NCBI RefSeq assembly: GCF_000142905.1 | Contig: NW_013657648.1 | Location: 337,147 to 401,146 of the forward strand | Direction of reading: 5' to 3' | DNA length: 64,000 bases | From: Thecamonas trahens ATCC 50062 | Lineage: Eukaryota > Protista > Apusomonadida | Shown here: one piece after another, positions 53,271-64,000 of the stretch | How positions within the stretch are numbered: the first letter of the stretch is position 1 | Layout: every line of letters starts with the position of its first letter | The notes under the pieces: generated by a model | Database searches by the model: none | Told to the model about the DNA's origin: nothing | What the model saw: only the letters and a program-made list of their open reading frames with translations | Made by a program: the position numbers and the translations under genes

Positions 53271-56200
53271 CTACACTCTTTCTTGCCTCTGCCGGCGTCG
53301 AGTGTCTGTCCCGTCCAGCGCAGCGCTTGATGTCGCCAGCGATCGATCGGCCGGCGATCGATCGGCCGCTGGTCGATGAGCCGGCGATGGTGATGATGAT
53401 GACGATGGGTGTGTTTGGTTGACAGTGGCAGTCTGCTGTGGCTGGCTATGGAGAGGAGGGGCGAGTGGTCTCGGCGTCGGCGACCCAGGTGATGATGTCG
53501 AGCGGATCAAGGCGACGATACGGGTTGGCGGTTGGTCGCGGGGCAAGGTCAAGCCAGGTCTCGACGAGATCGGCCGGTTCGAGGCCGAGCCAGCTGGCGG
53601 CGAGGGCGCGAGTGTCTGCGGCCGGCACGCCGTCGGCACCACCTTCGGTAGGGGCGCGAACCATGAGCGAGACGGCGCGGATGCGGCGGCCCGGCGCGAT
53701 GTCGCGGGCCTCGATGCTGACGAGGACAAGCGAGTCGGGCATGGCGGCGAGGGCGGAGGCAAGGCCGTCCAGCTGTGGAGGAGAGGCAGCGTAGAGGAGG
53801 ATGGGTGGAGCAGCAGCGGTGGCAAAGGCGGAGCGGGCGTTACGGGCGAGACGTCGACGCCGAGGTCGAGGACGGTGACGGCGGGCTTGCCGTCGTCAGC
53901 GCCGTCGTTGAGCCCGCGAAAGTCGTCGACGCCGGGCGAGCGATGAAGAAAGAGGTCGAGATCGTAAGGGGTGAGGGCGGCGAGGCCGGCTGGGCGGTGG
54001 CTGAAGACGGCCAGCCGCGAGAAGAGAGCTCCTCCAACGGTGGGGAAGACGTTTCCGGAGAAGAGGCGGCTTGTGGCCGCGGTTCGTGGCACGAGCTGGA
54101 CGCCGTCGTCGGTGAGCAGTTGCGAGGCGGCCGGGACCCGGATGCGGAGCGCGGTCTCGAGGCCCGGCGCGTGCGGGACGCCGATCTCGTACCGCAGCGG
54201 TAGCGCGATGCGTCCAGAAAAGGCGAGGCGGGCGACGACAGAGATGCCTGACGGGACCTCAAAGGCGCGGAGGAGATAGAGCTCGCCGTTCTCCACGGCG
54301 ACTTGCTTCGCGCCATCGAGCGGCATGGGCACTGCGAGCCAGGTCGGCGCACAAAAGATGAGCCAAAGCACGCCGAGCGTGGCGCCGACTACCATGGCGG
54401 CTGCCGTCGCCAGCGTTTCCAGCTGCCGGCTGCGAATCATGCCGTCCGGCAGCGAGAGGTGGAGGAAGAAGAGAGCGAGGGAGGCTGCAGCGAGGCCGAG
54501 AGCAACCACGTGGTCTTCGCGAGCATCCAGCCGGACGATGGCGACGAGAACGAGTCCGCCGAGGACAGCGCTAACGAGGGCAGCGACGCCTCCGCGGAGG
54601 ACTGGAAGCGGGATTGGGCTGAGATCTCGCGGCGGCTGTAGGTGGCGAATGCTCTGGCCAGCGCCGAGCTCGGCGTCAAAGATTAGGACGTCGTCGTCGG
54701 CCTTGAGCTTGTGCTTGGGCCGGCGGATGGCCCATGCGTAGCGGAAGCAGCAGCGCGCGGCAAGGGCGGGGCCGAGGGTTGCGGCGAGGACAACGATGGC
54801 AAAGGCGGCGCCGCTCATGATCCAGTACCACTTGCCGAGCTGCGGCTTGAAGAGGTAGGCGCCCGAGGCCGGGGCCACGTAGTTGACGATGGTCGACTCG
54901 AGGTTGAGGGCGTCGAGGACTACGAGCATGCCGGCGGCAGATGTGGCAAGGGCATGCGAGACGACGGAGCGGACGCCCGGCGGTGGCGGCGGGAGCGGCG
55001 GCAGGGCGGACCGAGTCAGAGTGATCTCGACGGCGAGGCCCGCGAGCGGCTGCAAGACGAGCTCGACGGCGACGCTGTGGCGGAAGCGCGAGAGTTGGTG
55101 GCGGATGACAGGCCCGCCTACGATGCGGACCCGGACAGCGAGGTCGTCGTCGGCAGGCAGGTCCCATGCCTGGGGCAGGGCCAGATCAACGAGCTCGGTC
55201 CGCACGATTGGCAGCGGATTGACGACGACGACGTAGAGGGTGACTGAGGCTTCGGAGCCCGGCGGTGGGAGGCGCGAGGCCGCGTTGGCAATGGGGTCCC
55301 AGGCTGCGGCGTCCGGGCTTGAGGAGAGCGGAGTGTCGGGGCGAGGACGGCGAGGGAGGCGCGAGAAGCGGCGAGGATGTCAGCGGCGCGATTGGCGTAG
55401 TCTGCGGCGACAGCTGGGCGGCACGTACCCGTGATGGCGTCGTGGTGGGCGAGGATGGATGCAGAGCGGCGGATGGCGGCCGCATTGGAGGGGAGCGCGG
55501 CGGGGGCGTGAACGGCGAGCAGGGCGTCGGCGGCGGCGAGGGCAGCCCAGGCTTGAGCGATGGCGGCCTTGAGGCTCGCCCGGGTAGTATAGGTTCCGGA
55601 CCAGTGCTCCAGCGCCTGGTCCGAGTAGGTCATGTAGTCCGAGTCGCGCGGGCGGCGGGCGAGCGGACGCGATGTGGCGTCGGCCACAGCTCGCATGTAC
55701 GCGGGAATGGTCGAGTAGCCAAAGGTGAAGCCATCGAGGGCCGCCGGCGAGCCAGGGCGGGCGAGCTCTGCGAGGAGGGCGTCCATCACGGTGTAGAGCT
55801 GAGGCGTGGTGTATCGAAAGTCGTCGCCGTACATCAGGAGAAGGTGTGGGGTTGGATGAGCGGCAGCGCGGTGACGGGCGAGGCCGGCCAGCTCGGCGGC
55901 CTTGGCCACGACTTGGTCTGAGTCTTCGAGATCAAAGGCAACGTTGGCCTTTTCAAAGTCAAAGCCAGGCGGCGAGGAGTAGTGATCAAAGAGAAGGGAG
56001 ACCGGGAGGTCGCCCCAGACAAAGTCGAGGCTGGCGTTATCAATGACAGCCTTCTTCTCGGAGCGCGGGACGCGGTTGATGATGGCGCCGTCCCAGTTGA
56101 GGGCCTTGGCGAGGACCGGAAGTGATGCAGCGTGACCAAAGGGATCAATCTGGTACCCGTAAACGCCGCTCTTCCTCCAAGCCAGGGCAGCGCCAGAAGG

Positions 56201-56715
56201 ACACTGCAGCGAGTCGAGATAGGTTGCTCCGTTGCGGTAGTTGGCAGCATGGACGGCCAGCGGGACGAGAGCCTCGTCGGCCATGACCCAACCCGCGCCA
56301 ACGATGGCCATGGCCTCACTCTCCACCGCCTGACACAGTTTGCCAAGGTGATGGCTGTCGCTCACTTGCAGGGCATGAGCCAGAAAGGTGATGGAGGACA
56401 TAGTGAAGGTTCTCCGAGGCGATGATGACGATGATGACGATGATGATTGAAACTTTGCAAAGAGAGGTCATTTGCATGCACTTTGTCAGCCGAGCCAGGA
56501 GAGGTCAAGATGGAGAGCTCCAAGGCCCTTGCCACGACGTTGTTGAGGATGTGGTCGGTGGTGGTCAGGCACTCGCTGTGGGTGACGAGCCAGCCAGCGT
56601 CCATATGAGAGTGAGGTACAATATGAACATGCACAGCATGGATACACACCATGCATGCCATGCCAATGACCATAATGGCAGTCGTAAAGGTAGTCATAAT
56701 GGTGGGACTCGTCAT
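53271..56715 (-). CDS. GH38 alpha-mannosidase with inserted TM block (split over three ORFs; 3' end uncertain)
   Basis: HIVPHSHMDAGW (Zn site), GAGWVMADEA, YQIDPFGH (nucleophile), GDDF, WSGTYTTR, HHDAITGT, VVNPL..R, SGAYLFKP, TDDG, LFLHR..DDFRGL. Frame breaks near 56450 and 55280. Confidence 0.85.
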
Positions 56716-56841
56716 GGCGTGGAGTGCGGAGACGTGGGCGTGAGCGTGGGTGGGTGCTGGCAGGGGGGGGGAGGGTGGGGATCAGTCACTCGGGCGCGAT
56801 GGGGGTGGGGTGGGGGGGGATGTGAGGGATGGGAAATGAAC

Positions 56842-57070
56842 AATCTGGGGTGGCGATGGGTGGTCTGGGGTGGCGATGGGCGGTCTGGGGTGGCGATGGG
56901 CAATCTGGGGTGGCGATGGGCGATCTGGGGTGGTGATGGGTATGGGTGTGGGCGATCAGGGAGGGGGATGGGTGTGGGCGATCGGGGAGGGATGGGGGAT
57001 GGGCGATCGGGGAGTGGGATGGGGGATGGGCGATCGGGGAGGTATACGGGTGTGGGCAATCGGAGGGTGG
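56842..57070. repeat. 20-bp repeat (tctggggtggcgatgggcga) grading into gggcgatcgg repeats, upstream of the mannosidase
   Basis: About 5 tandem 20-mers followed by about 5 spaced gggcgatc motifs. Confidence 0.8.
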
Positions 57071-57640
57071 GGATCGTCAGGTTTCATCCCTCTTTCCTCT
57101 CCTTTCCCTTTCCGTCGTATCACTATCACTTTATCTCGCCGATACACAGCATTGTGATCCGGTTGATCCCCTCTTTTGCGGCGACCCGCCTGCTCGCACT
57201 CGGCTCGTAGCTCGCTATCGCCAAGCCCTAGCTGTATCCCATCAGCATTAGCCATACTTTAGTACTATAACAACGATTTTATTTGATTTCTAGAGTCATA
57301 TCTGCCTTATCCCTCCCATGCGTCGTCCATCAGTCCCTCACTCATGTCCGACGGGATCGATCTCTCTCCGCGACCGCAAGTGACGACAGCGACGACGAGG
57401 CAGGTCACGTACAAGGCCCAGGCCACCACCTGACTCAATCCCACCACACATGGACCCTCCCGCCAAGGTGCAGAAGTCGTCTTCCACGTATGCATCCACA
57501 GCCATCCCCCATACGCCCTCTCCCCCCCACTCTCCGTCTCGCCATTCCCCCCCCCCCCCCCCCTCTCCCCGTCACCTCGGCCGGCCCAAGCCCAACCCCG
57601 TCCGCCCCAATACTACCGATTCCGGTGTCGATTCTACGAC

Positions 57641-57830
<190 letters not shown>

Positions 57831-58379
57831 NNNNNNNNNNNNNNNNNNNNNNNNNNNNNNNNNNNNNNNNNNNNNNNNNNNNNNNNNNNNNNNNNNNNNN
57901 NNNNNNNNNNNNNNNNNNNNNNNNNNNNNNCACCCGCAGCCCCCCCGCCCCCCCCCCCCCCATCACAAGCCGGGCATGGCTCCTGGATGTAAGGGAGGCC
58001 TTTTACTTCTCCCAGGCCGATTTGACAACAAGCACCTCTTCTTCGCGGCGCATCTTTTTGCGCCTGCGCATTCGACACAACCTCGACGTTCCGCGGTGGA
58101 GTCCTCCAGCTGACCATCCGTGTCTGATAGTGCTCTCCACAGACTCTTGGCGAGCCAATTTTCTAGGGTCTTATCTGCCTAACACAGCAGCCAATCCTCC
58201 CCACACATGGCTCCTCCACACCTTTGCGCCACCTTCAGCGATGCACCAGACAAAAGTGGTGCGCCCTACGAGGCTGTCAGATGGCTGGGGCAAGGGCCTT
58301 AAGAGGATGGGTTTGGGGCAGTGGGTGCGGTGCGCGAAACAAAAGAAACAAACAGCGGCTCGCCACGTGCCGAGTCACG

Positions 58380-59040
58380 TCAGCGGCGCCGGCATCGCCC
58401 GGCTGGTGGCGGCGAGCCCGCTCTTATCCCTTTTCGGCTCGATCTCGGGACTTGCGATCCAAGACCAGCCAGAGCCTTGTCCACATCCTCGCCGACACGG
58501 CCTCGCACGACGTCGGCCTCCTCTGCTCGTCGGCTCTTGCGCCGCCAATGTCCTTTGCCGTCGACGCCACAGGTCGCATGTCACGCCCCGAACCGATCGC
58601 CCCAAGGAGGCACAGCATGGAGAGCCCGACACAGGCGACAGTCACGCTCTTTGCCTGTCTCCGCGCCGCGCCGGCAGGTCGTCCGCTCACCCTCGACGGC
58701 ATGACGGCCATCGTTGCCGGCGGCGGCGAGATCTCAGGTGCATGTTGCAGTTACCACCGGCGTGCTTTCGTCCATCACGCTCGTCCTTGCCGCCGGCGCC
58801 GACCGCTGGCGGGTTGATGCCTCCGGTAAGCCGCCGAACACCATCATCGAGGACGCAGCACGGGCTGATGGCAACCAGGCACCGGCGTTCCTCTTGCGCC
58901 TCGTCTCGGCTTTGAGCGGCTCCCATCCGCGCTTGTTGACCACCCTTGTGTGGCCACTTCCAGAGACCCGCTCTCGGGCTGCAGCTCGAGCCACGACGAG
59001 CTTGCGCGCATGCGCTCTGACGCCAACTAGCCGTTTACTC
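58380..59040 (+). pseudogene. Possible frameshifted gene relic
   Basis: Protein-like stretches pass between three overlapping + frames (ORFs starting 58022, 58224, 58714); no motif recognised. Confidence 0.3.
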
Positions 59041-59049
59041 ACAAACACA

Positions 59050-60117
59050 TCAAACAGCAGAAGAGGCCGAGAGCGATTCTGGGCTCGAAGACGACACGCG
59101 GTTGTGGTCGCTCATTTCGATGTCGGTCGGCTCGCTGTCGGGCGGGCCGCGCTTGGACAGAGCACTCGACGACAACGACGACGAGTCGTGAGCCGGGGCG
59201 ACAGCAGAGAGAGCCACACCACCGTTTCCGCCCTCGACGACGTACAGCGCCTTGTCGCCGAGCACCACGTACTGCAGCGTGGCGACAAGTGGCTCACTGA
59301 TCAACAGCTGGAGAACAAACGAGACCACGAGCATGACAGCGAGAGTATCAGGCGCAAACGGAATGCCATCGAGCCAGAGCGGGAGCGTAAAGACGGCGCC
59401 ATTGATAGCGACCAGCAAAACCAAGACGCCGACGCCGACGCGGAGCGCCATCGTCCGCACCACATCATCGGCCGACTTGAATCCGCGGTGGAGGAGCGGA
59501 AGCCCGGCGAGGGTGGTAAGGAGCGTCGAGACCACCACCGAGAGCGCCACGTCGGCCAGCGCGCCACCATCACCCGCAGCGATGTTGTTGCGAAGGACCA
59601 GGTGCCGCGCCAAGAGCGCCGACGAGGTGCCCGAGACGGTGATGGCACCGCCCGAGCTGGAGGATGAACATCCGACAAAGGCGACGTCACCGAGCTTGAG
59701 CACGCCGGCAGTCACGGTCAGCGGCACCGTGGTGCCACTAACGCTGAGCCGGGAGAGCGACTGGTGCGCAGAGGTGCTCGCCAGTGCAAACGAAGCACCA
59801 CTGCCGCCGCTCAGGCTGCAGTCGATGGCTCCCTCTACCAGGTGAAGCCGACCGGTGACGGGCATGGGCGCAGACTCGACCGCGCATCCCACGCTCGTGT
59901 TGTGCAGCGAGACCGTGAGTAGCGCCGAAGCACCCGCGCCATCCCAGAACGCCGACGTGATGCGGGCAAGACATGCAAGCGAGGCGCCGGCCGGGCAAAT
60001 GCTTGGGCTGGCGAGGTTGACGACAGCCGGCGAAGCGCCGAGATCGCTGGCGTGGAGCGCTCCAAACCAGGAGCGAGCAAACGGAGCTACGAGCTCTGCG
60101 CGTCCGTCACCGGTCAC
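59050..60117 (-). CDS. 5'-truncated membrane protein with Pmp/beta-helix-like GGA(I/L) motifs
   Basis: FVGCSSSSSGGAI and LRNNIAAGDGGAL, followed by 2-3 TM helices. No ATG start; the 5' side abuts the macro-repeat array. Confidence 0.5.
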   Translation of the reverse strand: MTGDGRAELVAPFARSWFGALHASDLGASPAVVNLASPSICPAGASLACLARITSAFWDGAGASALLTVSLHNTSVGCAVESAPMPVTGRLHLVEGAIDCSLSGGSGASFALASTSAHQSLSRLSVSGTTVPLTVTAGVLKLGDVAFVGCSSSSSGGAITVSGTSSALLARHLVLRNNIAAGDGGALADVALSVVVSTLLTTLAGLPLLHRGFKSADDVVRTMALRVGVGVLVLLVAINGAVFTLPLWLDGIPFAPDTLAVMLVVSFVLQLLISEPLVATLQYVVLGDKALYVVEGGNGGVALSAVAPAHDSSSLSSSALSKRGPPDSEPTDIEMSDHNRVSSSSPESLSASSAV

Positions 60118-60220
60118 GTCGAGCCATTGAAAGCGTGGCGTGGGCGCGGTGGCCTCGTAGGCGGCCTCGGCCGAGATCCATTCGCGGGCCCGGAAGCGAC
60201 GCGGGGCGACGGCCCGGAGC

Positions 60221-63200
60221 CTGTGATGGGCAAGGCCGGAAAAGGGAGGGGAGGATTGGGTTGGAGGGCATACTGATAGTCATTGCTATTGCTGTGGCTA
60301 TCCGTATGCATGGCCTCCAATCTCCTGTCGATGGCTAGCTTGCTCTCGGTGGTGCCGGCGGTGGTCGGTCGGCGGCGGGCGGCGGTCAGCGGCGAGCAGC
60401 AGACGGCCGGCAGCGGTGCTGTTGACGGGATGGTGTCGGCTGAGGTACGTCCACACGGGCGGAGGTTGGATGGGTGAGGTCGTAGAGATGGTGGGCAGGT
60501 GTGGTGTGGGTGTGGTGGTTGTGGGTGGAGATGGTGGGGAGTGGGGGTCGGAGATGGGCCCGCGGCAGGGGGTGAGCAGCATCGAAGGGACACAGGGCCA
60601 ACAGCTTGGGCCTCGGCTGCGGAACTCGGATTCCGGAATACAGCAGCTGTGGATTGGAAACTGTGCATGAGGGTAGTGTGTGTATGTAGTAGGGTAGTAG
60701 TGAAATCGGATTGGCCATATCTTGCAATGAGGTTGGTGGGGGCGTATGCGGGGTCGGGCGGTCGAGGACGTGCTCAACCGCCTAGGCCAAACAAGTCCAT
60801 GCGAAAGTGAGCCGAGGAAGATGGGTATCGATGACGGCGATATTGGTACTGGTGATAGTGAACGGTGAGTGATGACATTGGGTGAGGTTGTGGGTAGCGT
60901 AGCTGGCAATGGGTGGGAGCTACGTGGTGATGAAGGTGGGCTGGTCGGGCGAGCGGGCGGCGGCTGGCGGCTGGTGGCCGTCGAGGCAAGGACAGCAGAG
61001 GGGGCTGGGTCGGAGCGGGGTGGCTTGAGATTGCTGTTGGTTGGAGATTGGGCAGTATGACTTGTGATGGTTGAGGGGTATGGGTGTCAGGGTCGGGGAT
61101 GAGGATGCGGGTGAGCTGGAGCTAGGAGAGGAGGAGGAGGAGGAGGAAGAGGAAGCCGAGTGCGCGATGGGATGGTGGTGAGGATGGCCATAGCATGGGG
61201 GTGAGAGTTGTGGCTGGGATGGAAGTGATGGTGGTGGGGTAGGGGGTGAGGGTGGTGGTTTGTTGTGATGGGGCGTAATGAATATGGTAGGGGGGGACGA
61301 GGGGGGTCGTGACGTGGGTGGCGTGGCGGGCGAAAGGATGATGGGTATGGCGATTGGGCTTGAGCATTGATGTGGGTGGGTATGATGAGACTGATGGATG
61401 TGTGTGGAGTGTGAGCGATGACGGGCCGGGTACTTGGCGGGCAGGGGGAGGGCGGCGGACGGATTGGATTGAGATGGACGTCGATGGAGACGATGGCTTG
61501 GGATTGGAGGACAATGCAGACCACTGCACTGTAGTCCACCACTGCGTTGGATACCGTTTGCCCTTGCCCCCTCTTGTTCTTCCTTGTCTTGGCCAGCCCG
61601 GTGGCTTCGTCGTCTGGCACGGTGATCGGCAGCAGGGGCGGCTGGCGATGAGCAGGCCGGCGGGGACTGTGATGGGCAAGGCCGGAAAAGGGAGGGGAGG
61701 ATTGGGTTGGAGGGCATACTGATAGTCATTGCTATTGCTGTGGCTATCCGTATGCATGGCCTCCAATGCCCTGTCGATGGCTAGCTTGCCCTCGGTGGTG
61801 TCGGCGTTGGTCGGTCGGCGGCGGGCGGCGGTCGGCGGCGAGCAGCCGGCGGTCGGCAGTGATGCTGTTGACGGGTTGGCGTCGGCTGATGTGAATATCG
61901 GCGGGCAGGAAGTGGGTGGCTATGTTTGCAGGCGTGGTGCGTATGTGTGGTGTGGGTGTGGTGGTTGTGGGTGGAGATGATAGGGAGTGGGGGTCGGAGA
62001 TGGGCCCAGGGAGGGGGGGTCAGCAGCATCGAAGGGACACAGGGCCAACAAGTTGGGCCTGAGCCGGCGAAACTCGAATTTCGGAATACTGCAGCTATGG
62101 ATTGGAGACTGTGCAACGGGGAAGTGTGTGTATGTAGTAGAGTAGTAGTGAAATCAGATTGGTCATATCTTGCAATGAGGTTGGTGGGGGGCGTGTGCGG
62201 GGTCGGGCGGTCGAGGACGTGCTCAACCACCTAGGCAAAACAAGCCGACGCGGAAATGAGCCGAGGAAGATGGGTGTCGATGACAGCGATATTTGTACTG
62301 GTGATAGTGTGAGGTGAGTGATGACCAGTCGTGTGGTCGCGGGTTGTGTAGCTGGTAATGGGAAGGAGCTAGGTGGTGATGAAGGTGGGCCTGATCGGGC
62401 GAGCGGGCGACAGCTGGCGGCTGGTGCCCGGCGAGACAGGGGCAGCAGAGGGGGCGGGATCAGGGCTGAGTGGCTCGCAATTGCTATTGCTTCGAGGATA
62501 AGCAGTCTGACATGTGATGATTGAGGGGTGTGGGTGTCGAGGTCGGGGATGAGGATGGGGGTGAGGTAGAGCGAGGAGAGGAGGAGAAGGAGAAGGAAGA
62601 CGAAGCGGGGTGCGCGATGGAATGGTGGTGGGCATGGCTATGGCATGTGGGTGGGGGTTGTGGCTGGGATAGAAGGTATGGTGGTGGAGTAGGGGGTGCG
62701 GGTGGTGGTTTGTGGTGATGGGGCGTAATGAGTATGGTAGGGGGGGATGAGAGGGGTCGTGACGTGGGAGGCATGGCGGGTGGAGGGGGCGGTAGGTATG
62801 GCGATTGGGCTTGCGGGTGGATGTGGGCGGGTGCGATGGGGATGATGGGTGTGTGTGGGGTGTGGTTGATGAGGGTGGAGGGGCTTGGGCGGCGAGGGGG
62901 AGGAGGGCAGGATGGATTGGATTGAGATGGACGTCGATGGGGACGATGGCTTGGGATTGGAGGACAATGCAGACCACTGCACTCTAGCCCACCACTGCAT
63001 TGCCTATCGATTGCCCCCGCCCACTCTTGTTTTTCCTCGTCCTGGCCAGCCCGGTGGTCTCGTCGTCTGGCACGGTGATCGGCAGCAGGGGCGGCTGGCG
63101 ACGAGCAGGCCGGCGGGGGCTGTGATGGGCAAGGCCGGAGGAGGGAGGGAAGAATTGGGTTGGAGGGCGCACTGGTAGGCATTGCTAATGATCTGGCTAT

Positions 63201-64000
63201 CTCCATGCATCGTCTCCAATGCCCTGTGGATGGCTAGCTTGCCCTCGGTGGTGTCGGTGGTGGTCGGTCGGCGGTGGGCGGCGGTCAGCAGCGAGCAGCC
63301 GGCGGCCGGCAGAGATGCTGTTGACGGGTTGGCGTCGGCTGATGTGCGTATCGGGGCAAATGAAGTCGATGGATATAATTGCAGGGGTGGTAAGTATGTG
63401 TGGTGTGGGTGTGGTGGTTGTGGGTGGACATGGTGGGGAGTGCGGGTCGGAGATGGGCCCGGGCAGGGGGGTCAGCACCTTCGAAGGGACACAGGGCCAA
63501 CAAGTTGGGCCTGAGCCGGCGGAAGTCGGATTCTGGAATACTACAGCTGTGAAATGGAGACTGTGCACGGCGGTAGTGTGTGCGTGTAGTAGAGTAGTAG
63601 TGAAATCAGATTGGGCATATCTTGCAATGAGGTTGGTGGGGAGCATGTGCGGGGTCGGGCGGTCGAGGGCGTGCTCAACCACCTAGACAAAACAAGCCGA
63701 CGCGGAAATGAGCCGAGGAAGATGGGTGTCGATTACAGCGATATTGGTACTGGTGATAGTGTGGGGTGAGTGACGACCTTGGGTGTGGTCGCGGGTTGTG
63801 TAGCTGGTAGTGGAAAGGAGCTACGTGGTGATGAAGGTGGGCTGATCGGACGAGCGGGCGACGGCTTGTGGCTGGTGGTCGGCGAGGCAGGGTCAGCTGA
63901 GGGGGCGGGGTCGTGGCTGGGTGGCTTGAGATTGGTATTGGTTGGTAGATGAGCAGCATGACTGGTAATAGTTAAGGGATGGCGGTGTCGGGGTCGGGGA
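60221..64000. repeat. ~1.45-kb tandem macro-repeat, 2.6 diverged units, running off the window end
   Basis: Anchor ctgtgatgggcaaggccgga at 60221, 61667 and 63120 (periods 1446 and 1453), with collinear conserved blocks throughout. Confidence 0.95.

Noticed and set aside
60221-64000. rDNA/5S, tRNA or snRNA array, or protein-coding repeats
   Set aside because: No recognisable conserved RNA motifs, and ORFs are not preserved in frame between units.

Overview
This is GC-rich, intron-poor, gene-dense nuclear DNA from a unicellular eukaryote, with five assembly gaps. The gene mix (TmcB-like PAS membrane protein, type-II ferlin, receptor-type cyclase-like protein) would fit a free-living flagellate such as an apusomonad, but that is unverified inference. 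Recognisable genes are an ERK7/MAPK15-like kinase with an atypical TVY loop, otubain, a VAMP7 exon, a DRAM/Frag1-like protein, an ACAD8-like dehydrogenase, an ankyrin-repeat protein, a long-chain acyl-CoA ligase, a ferlin, a small HSP, an ALMT/FUSC-like exporter and a GH38 alpha-mannosidase. The most notable region is an accessory mosaic at about 8.7-17.4 kb. There, two ~1.05-kb direct copies of a SWIM+RING gene (the second with a nonsense mutation) bracket a broken coiled-coil/REase-like gene and an intact, intronless, bacterial-type AAA-ATPase + PD-(D/E)XK nuclease whose N-terminus resembles a mitochondrial presequence. Other oddities are a GH38 with four transmembrane helices inserted into its C-terminal domain, a probable pseudo-cyclase receptor, recurrent -1 frameshifts at T-runs (probably sequencing error), several minisatellites, and a ~1.45-kb tandem macro-repeat running off the window end. 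All family calls are from motif recognition by eye; no database searches were run.
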